Below, in pieces: positions 10,849 through 24,794 of a stretch of DNA of 64,000 bases (within the stretch, counting starts at the first letter, position 1; every line of letters starts with the position of its first letter). Source of the stretch: Tetramitus jugosus (Eukaryota; Protista; Heterolobosea); the NCBI GenBank assembly GCA_937625935.1, contig OW569357.1, positions 372,001 to 436,000 on the forward strand. The letters run 5' to 3'. Below the pieces are notes generated by a model that ran no database searches, was not told the origin of the DNA, and saw nothing but the letters and a program-made list of their open reading frames with translations. The translations under genes and the position numbers were made by a program.

Positions 10849-13800
10849 TTACTTTACTGTAAAACAAGGATGATTTTGTCCCAACTCGTTACGCAGTACC
10901 AATTTGAGTTCTTCGCTGAGTTGTTTCCACTCTGGCAAGTTCTGGAATTGCCGAGAGTTCTTGCTAATAAAATCGAAACAGGCTTGACGAACGGAGCCAT
11001 AAGACTGCATGTTCTCAGTTTTCCAGAATAGATAGCCGCCGTAATACTGTGACAGATATTGAACGAACTCTCCGGACGTGAACAGCATGAATACCAATGC
11101 ATCATAGTTGAGTACTCGTTCGGTGCAAGTTGGTGCAATTGGCTGGTGACGATTGTTGTATCGACGCTCAGGAATAATTTCACTCGATGCTGTTTTTTCC
11201 GTCAGAGGTGGTGTGGCCAAATATTCGAATATATCCAATTGCAACTCAACAGGCAGTCGACTAAGCTTGGTCCTGTGATCGAATGTAAACGAGTTCAAGC
11301 TAGCCACACTAAGGTCTAAGTGGTCATACTCAAACTCCTTCAACACAGAAAGCACATTTGATACTGTCAGCAAGCTGGACACCTTGGAGACACAGAATCG
11401 AAGGAACCAATCTCGTCGATCAAATCGCCACAAACGGGAGATGTGAATCGCATGAATCCAATCCTGTAGTGTGAGAGTCCATGAGTAAAGTTGCGATGTC
11501 TGAACCTGACCGCATTGGTAAATGTGATTGAGCACAAACAGATAGCTCGATGGACTAAAGAATGGAATCACCATATATGAGTCGCTGTCACCATCAAAGT
11601 TCGGTAGGACATTGTGGCAAATGAACTTGTGGGCTCGAATAATAGTCGATCCAGCCCCCAATATCCTCAAGTCATAGTTGTATTGGTTCCCTTGATTGTT
11701 CATTTGCAGGAATGCCTCGGAAAGATCATTATGTCGTCCTCTAGTAGTTGTGTTCGTGTCTGGAAGATTACATAGACCCTCGAACGATAAACTCGATTTG
11801 AGCGGGTGCACCTCAGGTGATTCAGTAGGAGTCATTCTTTTGAGCTGTTTGTTCCACTTCTTGGCACTTCGCTTTATCACCTTCGATAACCGTTTCAGAG
11901 GTGACCTAGGCGAGTAATTGACATCCTCGCTGCGATAATTTCTCCTCAACATATCTGTGAGCTCATACTCTGATCGAGTAGTAAATCGATACTTCTCATT
12001 GAGGGCGCACAGCTGAGTTACATCGACAGCGTGATCACGCACTGTATTGGCACTCACTTCATCCGAGTACACAAGATCGAGAATGTACTTCAATAATGAT
12101 ATAGTGAATGATGGCAAAATAATCTTGCCATAGGACACATTTCTGAATGAAGCGGATTGAATGGTACTTAAACTCTCACTCCTCTTCTTTTGTCTCAGAA
12201 TCATATTCAAGAATTTGGGACATCGAGTGGATAGAACGAATGAGTGCACTTGAAGCAACACATTAGGTCTATCTGGTGCCGTTAGGGTCATATCAGTATA
12301 ATAGCTAATACGCAAATCACTGGGACATCCATCAGAGTACATGACCGAAAAAAAGTCTCGGCGTGAATCACTCACGGAATCCTGCGACATCTGTTCATAC
12401 CAGTAATCCTTGTTTTCGTACGAGTCTCCATAGGAGCGATGCTTTGCAGAATTCTTGGCTGCTGTGTCCTTTAAATTCCAACACCACTCTTCTCGTATAA
12501 CGACACCACTTGGCTCCGCCAAATTTTTAAACTCAATCTCCATGGGAGACTCCTGCATCACGGGCACAGATATCACAGACTTCCAAAATTGAGTCATATT
12601 CTCCATGTCCAGAGCATTTGTTATACAAATGTTCACTCTGTGTTTGTCCTTGACCTTCCTCAAAAACATATCAGTAATGAAAGATAGTGCCTTTGCTGAG
12701 TTCGCCCCTCCAGTATAATGTGGAAAATAGCGACCTAAATCGCAACCACTCTCAATCTTTGATCGAAACAAGTCCACCTTGTTCAACACTAAAAAGATAT
12801 TCACATTCGAGTAGTGGAAGAAATGCGAGTTAATAATCTCAGACCAGCACGTTAAACTCTCCGTTAATCGATTCGTCTCATTGTCCTCATAGCACAGCAT
12901 TGAATACTCGTCAAGCGCAACCACAAACATCAAATCTGTCGCTCCATCAAAACACGAGTACCACTTTTTTCGTTCATTTCTTTCAGAACCTACATCAATT
13001 AGCTGTATGTCGTACCCATTGTCTTTGAATGTGCTGTAAACAATACCAGTCGTCTTCACTCTGCTCCTTAAAACATCAATCTCGGTTGGTACATAATCGG
13101 GAGCTAAAATTCGCTGGATGTCATCCATCCAAAAGGCAGTTTCAGGAATATGAAATATCTTGTTTCTCTCCGTGTAAGCTTTCTTGATTGCCTCTCTCTC
13201 CCACAACACTGGCACCAAGTTCAGAACACTTCTTTCAATTGTAAAATCAGCAAATATATCTAGTATAGGTGCACCAGTGTCTCTTATAAACTAGGGATTC
13301 CATAACAACAAGCATAGACACATGCAAAAATAAGAAATGAGCACAATCACAACAACAACAACTACAAGATGACATAAAAATGGTACACACCTTCTTCTCA
13401 GATTCACTCACAGTAGGATCATGCAACGCATATTCAATCAAACATGTAACACTGTACAAAATATTGCTAAATATAATATCCCTAAATGTGCCCCTTTCCT
13501 GTTCGCTATATCCCTGGAAAATTACCTTCACAGACTTGAACACTATTGTTAAATTAATAATAACAATAATCGTATGAGCAAACACTTCCAACAAAGATAA
13601 ACTCTCAGAGCTAACAATAATTGTGAGTGTACATACCCGTTGTTTTGCCACCCCAATTAACTCCCAACAACAATATCTTTCGTTTCCTTGATGCTCCATG
13701 TGGTGACATGTGCAGTGAGAAGGGAGATTTTGGAGAAGATGGTGAAGCCATACTGTTATGACTCCGCGACATGATTTTTAAAGCGGGAAGATGATTCTTG

Positions 13801-14672
13801 GGATTTTCCACGTCATCTTCTTCATGACCGCCATAATTACTAGCACTACTGGCACTATGACTGCCACGAGCTTCTACTTCTTTGGCACGATTTGCCTTGT
13901 CATCGTAGCTATCAATCCAAAGCCGCGACAATTCCAGAGATTGCTTGACCTTTAATTTGTCCAGCGCGCGCTGTTCGTCCTTTGATTTTCTGTTGCGACT
14001 CCGCCGTACGGCAGATGACACTGGCTTCAACAAGTTGAATGAAGACTTGGCGGCGCGTTTTTTCTTGACCAATTGTGGCGTGGACATGATTCGCATAATG
14101 TATTCGTCATCACTGTTTGCATCCAAGCTATGTTGTTGCTGTAGTTGTTGATTACTGTTATTACTATAATTATTACTGTTGTTGTTGTTGTTGTTGTCAT
14201 TTGTAGCATGACTCCGGTAATCAATGCTTCCATTGCTACGACTTCGACTCCTTATCCTAGTCTGTAAAAAGTAATGATTCGCTACATTGGTTGTTGTTGT
14301 CGTTGTTGTTGTTGAAGTCACTTGTTGTTGTTGTTGAGATGGTTGTTCATCCAACACAATCAGGCTACTATTGTGATTGTCTGGCACCATGGTATTCTTG
14401 TCATTGCAACTCTTGTGTCGTGAAAGTGTTTTTTCTTCATCTTCTTCTCCATCAATGTCATCTTCTTCGTCATCTTCATCATCCTGCAAACTCTCATCAC
14501 GATTGTCACTACTACTGGCACTGCTACTGCTGCTGTTACTGCTCGTGTTTCCGGTGCTCATGTGAGTGTTGTTGGTGGATGTTGTTGTGCCACTTGACGT
14601 ATTTATTTGTTCCTTGTTTGTTGAGTCCAAGGTGCATGATGTCAAATTGTCATTGTGACACTGATTGCTCAT
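10849..14672 (-). CDS. Extra-large G-protein alpha fused to two BTB domains and an F-box-like motif (about 1209 aa); exons 14672-13637, 13542-13391, 13290-10849
   Basis: GT-AG introns 13543-13636 and 13291-13390 join three ORFs in frame (3630 nt). G-alpha motifs KILLLGVNWGGKTT, RSRVKTTG, DVGSE, LNKVD; BTB starts TDMTL..VHSFVLSTRCPKF and YDLRI..RAHKFIC; F-box-like LSRLPVELQLDIFEYL. Confidence 0.85.
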
Positions 14673-14853
14673 CTTTTTATTGATGTTTTTTTAATTGTTC
14701 TTTAGTTAATGAATGGACCTTGAAGAAAGGTGTTTTTGGGTCTCAATTTTTTAGTGCGCGACAGGTGACAACACACCACAATAGCCGAAGCGAACCTTTT
14801 TTGTTATGGACAAGAATAGAGATTGGGCAATTTTATGAAATGGTTCAGACAAA

Positions 14854-16035
14854 TTAGATGAAATTGTTGGCTCGGGCGATAGCTTCCTCTAGCAGAATAC
14901 CCCTAGTGGCATTGAATACTGTGGAAATCTGTTCATTGAATCATTGAGAGATTTTAGTTGGGTGTCGTTTCGACAGACAAAATTCAAAGAAATGCACTGA
15001 ACTTACGCTATCTGTATTGGTGGCGGTCGTGACATAAGTATACTGAGGTCTATCCTTGTTCTGAAGAACGTTAATAAATGTTTCTTCAATGTAGTTTATG
15101 GCAGCCTGCTTGTCCTTTCCTCCTTTGTAATCTCGGAAACAGACATTGAGATCAACTCGTTGAATCTTTTGGTCAAACAGATCCTCCTTGTTGAAGAATA
15201 TGATAATGGGCGTTTTAGAGAACAATTTCAAGTTACTAATCTCCTTGAATAGTTGAAGAGATTCATACATTCTGTTGGTCGACTTGTCTTCCGGCGATAG
15301 CTCGTCGTACTCATTCAGTGAAATGACAAACAAAAGAGCAGTCACCTTATCGAAGGCATGGATCCATGTGCGTCTTTCTGCTCGTTGACCTCCCACATCG
15401 ATGATACGGAACGGCTGCCGTTTTACCACAAAATCAAGCTCATGAAGACCTGATGTCCGTTGTCTACAATTCAAGATGTCAATTTCGCTCGGTATGTAAT
15501 CATCTTTCGAAATGACGTTAAGTTTGTCTAAAAAGTATCCAACAGATTCTTGAATTGAGTATTGAGATCTCAAGTAATAAGCTTTTTGAACTCCATCATC
15601 TCTCCACAATGACTGAAGATCGTCCGCTAATCGAAGGAATGATTCCTCTACTTCAACATCTGACAGAGAGGAACTGGGAGTGTATTGCTGGTGCAAGTTC
15701 TGTGCAATCTCCTGAATTACCCGTCCGCAAGGTTAATACTTCGTTGTTAAGTAACACTCATGTTCGTAAATTGAAACACTTACTCTATGACCTGATATTT
15801 CAAATGGAATATTCAGATCAAACATGACATTGACGAGTTTGTACATAGAGTCAAGAATATTACAGAGTATCACCCACTTGAACTGCATTCTCTCTTCATG
15901 TCCATATCCCTTCAAGTGCAATATTTTCATCTGCTTGAATATGGTAGTCTTTCCAGATTGTCCTGTCCCTATCATTAACAGATTGATCTTCTCTGGTTTA
16001 CCTCTAAAGGCTTGAATACAGTTCAATTGACCCAT
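14854..16035 (-). CDS. Heterotrimeric G-protein alpha subunit (343 aa); exons 16035-15784, 15711-15007, 14928-14854
   Basis: MGQLNC N-terminus, GTGQSGKTT, RQRTSG, DVGGQRAER, FNKED, TTATNT; two GT-AG introns restore the frame. Confidence 0.93.
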
Positions 16036-16227
16036 TGCGCTTCTGTACGTGTTTGTTACAAGACAGACAAAAAATCAATGAACCGCAATTTATTTGTTAG
16101 TTGTGAAACGTTTTATGGGGGGTGAGTGTCGAAGCGCTTGCGATTCGTAGAGGAACGATGTCGGACATATCCATGACTCCGATCCGGCCGAATCCACAAA
16201 GAGCAAGATTTCACTCCGCGCTCAAAA

Positions 16228-16440
16228 TTACACATTGTACAGATATTGGAGCACTCGCATTGCTCTCTGTAGCATAATCTGTTGCTCTAGCGTGTCATAT
16301 GGTGTCTTTGGTCGAAAATTCATTCGGAGTTGAGCTTGCAATTGTTTCCGTGTCGATTCATGAACAAACATCTTCTTGTTGGACACTCCTCGCAACAAGT
16401 AGAGATACAACTGAGGCAGTGAATTGATTGCAATGTTCAT
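16228..16440 (-). CDS. Possible small hypothetical protein (70 aa)
   Basis: ATG ORF preceded by an A/CAA-rich leader like those of real genes here; no recognisable family. Confidence 0.3.
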   Translation of the reverse strand: MNIAINSLPQLYLYLLRGVSNKKMFVHESTRKQLQAQLRMNFRPKTPYDTLEQQIMLQRAMRVLQYLYNV

Positions 16441-16521
16441 GTTGCTATCAGTGTTGATTTCGCTTGATTTTTTTTGTGAATTCGGAGAATCAATTGACTT
16501 GCAAAAAGTGTGTTGGTTTTA

Positions 16522-18635
16522 TTAATCTTGGGTGGAACCTCGTTGTAAGATGACCAACATGTGGTCGATTGTGTCTGACAGCAGCTGATACTCTTGCGAT
16601 GGACTTCCTTCTTGTACCATCGTAAACTCAGGGAATGCAGCTGGGAGGTAGTGAATCTTTTGTGCTGTTTCGTCCTTGATCTGCTCATTAAAGTACCGTA
16701 TCATGGCCACGCGACATAGCAAATAATTCAACAAGAATCGTTGCAAAAAGTCATTGTCCAAGAAGGCACGAAGTGAGGAATCGAGCTGATCATTTGACAG
16801 CAATACATCCAACAATAGAGTATATTGTTGGATCAAATAGTCAGTCAGTTGTTCATAGGAGGAGTGGCTGACTCGCGACATTCCATGAGTGCAAGCCAGA
16901 GCTAACACTGGCGAAGTGAGGTAGTACGTGAACAACGATCCACTCTTAAATGGATTTTGGAGCAGAGGTATGGTTGCTCTTGGAGCCATGAGGCACACGA
17001 ACGGTTGACCAAACTTTGGTTGTGTCAATCTTGGCATCATGCATGCACTATTGTCACTGTCCACAATCATAAAGAATGGTCTTCTTGTAAATGGCACTAA
17101 ATCATCCATTGTCAAGCAATTTGCATCGGTAAAGGTTCCAAATTGACCAGAAGCGCTACCAGTCGGAGAAGGAGAGGCAGAGGATGGTGATGGCGTCGGT
17201 GATGAAAACATGGTTTGTCTCTTTTTTGGATTCAAAGCCAATCCATCCTTGGCTGCATCAGCAGACACATAAAATAGAATTGCGCCATTTTCATTGTATT
17301 CCAACTCGGAGACAGAACTGGACAAGACTGACAAAATATCACTGTAACCAGGTCGATATAACATATTCTTGCGAGGATTCTTAATTGCATTACCACTTCT
17401 CGGTGTTGTTCCAGTTGCACCACTATTCGTCGATCCACTGTTACCGAGACTTGGTCTTCTATTGTCAGTGTTGACATACTCAATTGCTTGCATCATTCGA
17501 TACATGTCCAATGTCAACTCACTAAACTTGACTTGCTTTCTTCGATTGCCAACCAATATTGCCTCAGATAAAACGATTGCTTCCTGCTGGGGTGTCACTC
17601 TTCCGCTCGTACTATTGCTACTGTTGAATCCAATCAACTTGTGTTGTCTGTAGGACAACAAATCAGAGTCTTCATCAATTGTCACAACAGTATCGGCCTT
17701 TATAAACGATTCCAACTCTGAAATGACCAATTGCCACTCATTGTCCGTTGTTGTTGAAGAAGAAGAAGAAGAAGGTGACGATGAGGATTGATTCATGGAT
17801 GGAATGGTCAACGAGATGTTGTTGTTATTGTTGTTTGAAGATGATAATGATGACGAATTTGCATTGTCCTTCAAATCACGTAATAAATATTCAACCAATG
17901 ATCTCTTGTTTTGCAACAGACAAACAACAATAAAACGAGCATAAAATCTCAATTTTTTGGTATAGAGAATAAAGCTAGATGATAATGATCGTCATGTGTG
18001 TGTGTGTTAGTCATCATTTGTTCACAATAATCATCAATGAAAAATAATGAAAACACTGATATTGGATCCATACTTTTCTCTTCTCACATCATCAAAATAC
18101 TTTCTAGTTCGAATCGCATCATAAAACACAAATGATTCTTGCAAATATCTGGCATCACTTGTTCGTAAACTACACATAGTACATGATCATACAAAATGTC
18201 ACAAAATCTTTTGTCAATCATTTTGAAACTTTACAAAAAAAAGTGCCAAAAAAATTTTTGTGCGCACAACATACTAGTAATGATAGTAGAGTTGAGCAAT
18301 TTTGGCAGCAATATCTCCAATTTCGACCCTCTTTAGACCATATTTACGATCCAACACTTGCCGATGATCCAATTGATACTTCCATAGCTTTTAAAAAGAA
18401 ACTTTTGTTGTCAATACACAACACAAAAAAATTCTAAACTTTTTAGACAAGTGCACTTTCATACCTGAGTGTACGTATCAAATGTCTTTTGAAAATAAGG
18501 TTGCCATAATCGCTTACTTCCATATTGAGGCAATTCTCTTAGTCCTGCAAAATACTTGTTGGAACGTTCGAATAGGTCCTTGTATTGTTGGATGATAACT
18601 TGCTCGTGTTTTTCTCGTTGTTCGCCACCCTCCAT
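16522..18635 (-). CDS. SCAI: SCAI family protein (DUF3550), multi-exon
   Basis: Spliced exons give FAGLRELPQYG..WQPYFQKTFDTYTQ|LWKYQ..GLKRVEIGDIAAKIAQLYYHY, LRTSDARYL, LRFYARFIVVCLL, VKFSELTLDMYRMMQAIE, NPRKNMLYRP and LVPFTRRPFFMIVDSDNS. Confidence 0.9.
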
Positions 18636-18955
18636 CGTCTTTATGATTCTCTCCTTGTTTTTTGTTGGTGTTTGTTGATTTTGCTTGAAGGGTGAAAATT
18701 TTTTGTGTGTTTTTTCACTATTTGAATGTTTGTCCGACACTTCAACGAGCTATTATTATAAATAAGAGCTTGATAGGAGTGAGACAGGGTAACCCTCATA
18801 GCCACTGTCTCTTCTCAGCTCTCTTTTGATTGACATTGTATTTCGATGGAGAAAGAAGTTGAAAATTGAATCAGGTTGCGGAGAGATGAATCGGCCGCCA
18901 GTGGTTCAACTACGGGTTTTCGGAACAAAGAGAACTGAGGAGAAGTGCCTTATAA

Positions 18956-21281
<2,326 letters not shown>

Positions 21282-21395
21282 ACCTTCCAACATTGCATTG
21301 CCATCGCTAATTAATTTAACTTTATACAATTTATTTACAAAAAGTACGTTGGTGGCCTTGATACTTAGAAAGTTACTATCATTATCACACTTACT

Positions 21396-22691
21396 CTACA
21401 ATTCTTCATCATCGTCGTCATCACGAGGGCGGCCTCGCCGTGAAGCTCCACCACCTGATGATGTCATGCCTCCTCTAGTGCTCTGACTCAACAAATTCAA
21501 AACTCTCTCTATAGCACCAGTTGCTTCTGACCTAATTCTTTGTTCAACACCTTCATCAATTTCTTCTTCTTCTTCCTCTGCCTCTACTTCTTCTTCTTCT
21601 TCCTCAAAGTTCTCCTCGTGATCATCTACATAGAATGCTTCAATTGAAGCCTCTTCTTCATCATCATCTTCATCTGTGTCATCTGATCTTGTTGTTCTTG
21701 AATTGATGAGATAGGTGAGTGCTTGAGGATTTCTGGCACGAATTCGTTGTCTTCGTCGAGAGCTATTGCTATTATTACTGCTACCAGTATCATTATTACT
21801 ATTCGTCTCACTGGTCACATCATTCGGTACCACAGTCAACATGATCGAACTACTAGCACTGTTATTATTATTATTATTAATATTAATATTACCGAAATGA
21901 ATATTACTACTACTGCTGCCGCTGCTACCACCACCAACACTACTACTACTACTACTATTGCTATTCATATGTTCATTGCTATTCATCATCATCAAATCAT
22001 CATCCTCATCAGTTGCAAAACGCACATGATTCACTCCTACACCAGTCAATGAACCCATTCTCTTATTGTCCACTGCCACTGATGCTTCACTCTGATCCAC
22101 AAACGCCGATATGAAATGACTCGGATTACTCGTTTTCTGATGCATGGACTGTAAATGACGTGGATGCCTCGGGTGATCCACCAATGAAAATGGTGATGCA
22201 CGTCCCCAGTTCCTATCCTTTCTCAACTTTGCCTTCTCCAATATAAATTTTCCAATCTTGTATCGCTGAGATGGCTCCTGTGCTCTCTCGTACTTCCATC
22301 CCACAATTGTCTCACACTGATTACAATAAATGTCACATACGACGTGCAGTCCAGTCATGAGTGTTCGTTGTTCGTTGGGACCGACACTGACGTTGACTGC
22401 TCTGTTGAACAGGTAGGCTTTTCCGTGTCGACCATGAAAATTCTTGCTAATAATGTCTTCGTTGCGAGACAAGTGAGTGTCGCAGTTGCTGCATGTGAAA
22501 ACTTTGTGAATCACATTACTGTTATTGTTATTGTTATTGTTATTGCTATTGTTGCTATTGTTGTTCATGTCTTGGTCATCGTCGTCAGTCTTTGTGAGGG
22601 TAGAATTATTGTTGTGATTGTTGTTGTTGTTCTTAAAGTGGTTGAATGAATGGGAGGGACCATCCAGGTATTGAAGATATATTTTGCCCAT
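21396..22691 (-). CDS. Yippee-like (YPEL) zinc-binding protein with low-complexity and acidic extensions
   Basis: MGKIYLQYL start at 22691; CSNCDTHL, ISKNFHGRHGKAYLF, LMTGLHVVCDIYCNQC, GWKYERA..QRYKIGKFILE. Confidence 0.92.
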   Translation of the reverse strand: MGKIYLQYLDGPSHSFNHFKNNNNNHNNNSTLTKTDDDDQDMNNNSNNSNNNNNNNNSNVIHKVFTCSNCDTHLSRNEDIISKNFHGRHGKAYLFNRAVNVSVGPNEQRTLMTGLHVVCDIYCNQCETIVGWKYERAQEPSQRYKIGKFILEKAKLRKDRNWGRASPFSLVDHPRHPRHLQSMHQKTSNPSHFISAFVDQSEASVAVDNKRMGSLTGVGVNHVRFATDEDDDLMMMNSNEHMNSNSSSSSSVGGGSSGSSSSNIHFGNININNNNNNSASSSIMLTVVPNDVTSETNSNNDTGSSNNSNSSRRRQRIRARNPQALTYLINSRTTRSDDTDEDDDEEEASIEAFYVDDHEENFEEEEEEVEAEEEEEEIDEGVEQRIRSEATGAIERVLNLLSQSTRGGMTSSGGGASRRGRPRDDDDDEEL

Positions 22692-22930
22692 TTTTTTTTG
22701 CTTTGGAACGTATTCGCTTGTTGTTGTTCTGTTGTGTTGTTGCGTGCTTTTTTTGCGTATAGTGATGATGCACAAAGGTAACTGGTAACTAACGGATTGA
22801 TGGGAAAGAGAGAATGTGTTCAGTGGTGTTGTTGTGTGGTTTTTTTGTTTGAGCTTTTGCAGCTTGAACGCTGGCGGCAAATTGTGGTCATTTTGAAGCT
22901 TTTTTGGGTTTTTGAAGGAGAAAAAAGGAA

Positions 22931-23020
22931 TGCTTCTGGTGGGGTTCGAACCCACGATCCCTGGCTAACTCACTATGTCTACAATATAAGACCAGTGCTT
23001 TACCTCTAAGCTACAGAAGC
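22931..23020 (-). tRNA. tRNA-Ile (anticodon UAU) with an 18-nt canonical intron (22967-22984)
   Basis: GCTTCTG/CAGAAGC acceptor stem, GCTT/AAGC D-stem, CTGGT-CTTATA-[intron]-A-GCCAG anticodon arm, GTGGG-TTCGAAC-CCCAC T-arm; T6 Pol III terminator at 22921-22926. Confidence 0.95.
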
Positions 23021-23033
23021 TCGTTGTATTCAT
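23021..23033 (-). promoter_or_regulatory. Conserved tRNA 5'-flank motif ATGAATACAACGA (putative Pol III start element)
   Basis: 12/13 identical to positions -13..-1 of tRNA-Ser (31908-31920, ATGAATACAACAA). Confidence 0.6.
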
Positions 23034-23081
23034 GGTCATCCGTTGTATTGACCCGGGTCTACTGCGGTTGTATCTGTTTGT

Positions 23082-24479
23082 TTATTTCGGAAGTGGTTTC
23101 CAAGACTTTGCAGCATCACTATTGGATGGCACAACGTGGAAAACGGGCATTAAACCACTTGGTAGTCTATACTTTGGATGTCTGAGCACCTCTCCAAGTG
23201 TATCCTTCATATTAATCTTAAAATACGTGTCTGTCGTTGTCTTGCGAGAGCTTTGATCATAGAATGAGAGTGTCAGGTTGCCATTGACGTACCGGTGGGC
23301 AGCAGTTGGGTCCATTGGTGCATATGGGAATGGTTCACCCTGCGGTGGGAACATGTAAGTCATATGATCCTCAAACGTGTCCAACTCGGAGAAAGATTGA
23401 ATAATGTCAGTCTGATTGAACTCATCGTACACCAGAACGACCCTAAAGTGGAAGTAGGGACGACCAGACTCTTCCAGAATTTGTATACCACTTGAATGAC
23501 TCGACATATCTGATCCACTCTGTTGATCCGTCACCAATTGATTGAAATGAGCTGAATCAATCTCTGATTCACCAATAACAATTCCATGATCGTCCAACAA
23601 TTGTTTAATCTTGACTGGCAAGTCTCTTTGTTCTCTGTTGCGAACACGTTGTTCTTCTCTTGATTGGAACTTGGCTTGAAGTCCATCAACAGCTGTTTGC
23701 TGCACTTTTTCAATCTCTGATCTGACTTGCGCAGAAGGATTCGACGCCAAAGCTTTTTCACAGTACTGAATGGCCAATCGATACTTTTTGATGCCTGCAG
23801 CAGCCTTTGCCACTCTGAAAAATGCCTTTAGCTTCAAATCACTCACCCGCTGTCTCTTCTCACTGGTCATCAAATTTGGATCCAACTTTTTCTTGTCTTC
23901 CACATCTTCGTCCTCATCATCATCATCATCATTGTTCATATCCTTACCACTCAATTGCTTTTGCTTCTTCTTTTCTGCCAATCGATTCATAATACTCAAC
24001 TGTTCCTCACTTGGTTCCAAATTCATGTCTGTCAACTGTTTCAACACGAGAATGCACTCCTTGGCATCATCAATCGCATGTCCATTGTTTCCAATGAGCA
24101 TATTGACCTGAGATCGATTACATAGGATCTGAGCTCTCAAAAACAAATCAGTCATTGGACATTCCATGGCTTGATCATAAAAATGTTGAACGTCCACCAA
24201 TTTTGTCTTATTGTTTGCCTTGAGACACTTTTGAAGCAGAGTGTTGCCTTGTTGCTTGAAATTTTCTGCATTTTCGTTTGGATCCTCATCAAACAAGAGT
24301 GATTGTAGGGCATCCTTGGTGGTGGACGAATGTTGTGCCATTTCAGTCTCATCTGTGATAAACAGGGGTGATGGTTCAAAGCCAATGGTGTCCTTGTTCT
24401 GACGCTCCCTTTCAATCTCCTTGTACATTTGTTCCCACTCTAGGGTGAACTTTTGGTCATTGTTGTGGGGTGGTAGCAT
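23082..24479 (-). CDS. TTC4: TTC4/Cns1 TPR Hsp70/Hsp90 co-chaperone
   Basis: SPLFIT N-motif, AENFKQQGN TPR start, NRSQVN..GNNGHAIDD, KAFFRVAKA; wheel domain VLVYDEFNQTDIIQSFSE. Confidence 0.85.
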   Translation of the reverse strand: MLPPHNNDQKFTLEWEQMYKEIERERQNKDTIGFEPSPLFITDETEMAQHSSTTKDALQSLLFDEDPNENAENFKQQGNTLLQKCLKANNKTKLVDVQHFYDQAMECPMTDLFLRAQILCNRSQVNMLIGNNGHAIDDAKECILVLKQLTDMNLEPSEEQLSIMNRLAEKKKQKQLSGKDMNNDDDDDEDEDVEDKKKLDPNLMTSEKRQRVSDLKLKAFFRVAKAAAGIKKYRLAIQYCEKALASNPSAQVRSEIEKVQQTAVDGLQAKFQSREEQRVRNREQRDLPVKIKQLLDDHGIVIGESEIDSAHFNQLVTDQQSGSDMSSHSSGIQILEESGRPYFHFRVVLVYDEFNQTDIIQSFSELDTFEDHMTYMFPPQGEPFPYAPMDPTAAHRYVNGNLTLSFYDQSSRKTTTDTYFKINMKDTLGEVLRHPKYRLPSGLMPVFHVVPSNSDAAKSWKPLPK

Positions 24480-24794
24480 CGTTGTTGTTTTGCACGATCG
24501 GTGTTTTTCTCTATTCGTTGATGCTTGGTTGGTTCAAAGCTTTTTTTTGTTGATGATGAGTGAATTTTTTTCGTGTGAAAAAACAGTGGGTGCGGAATTT
24601 GGTGTGCGCACCGGAATGAGCTTATGGATTGTTTGAAGAACAGAGACGAGCTTTCCGCTCTCTCTTGATTTATTGGTTGTTTTTTTGTTGGTGTAAATAG
24701 AGATAGGAGATGGTGGCTGTGATAGTTGTTGTTGTTGTTGTTGCTCGCATGGAACAAACAATAGCAATAACTGAGGCAAGATGTAAAAAAAAAG

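Noticed and set aside
22692-22955. N-terminal extension of the Yippee ORF overlapping tRNA-Ile
   Set aside because: Starts at GTG inside the tRNA T-arm; Yippee homology begins at MGKIYL (22691).
23034-23082. Second retroelement insertion upstream of tRNA-Ile
   Set aside because: No poly(A), TSD or foreign ORF; the TTC4 stop lies about 60 bp away, so this site is unoccupied.
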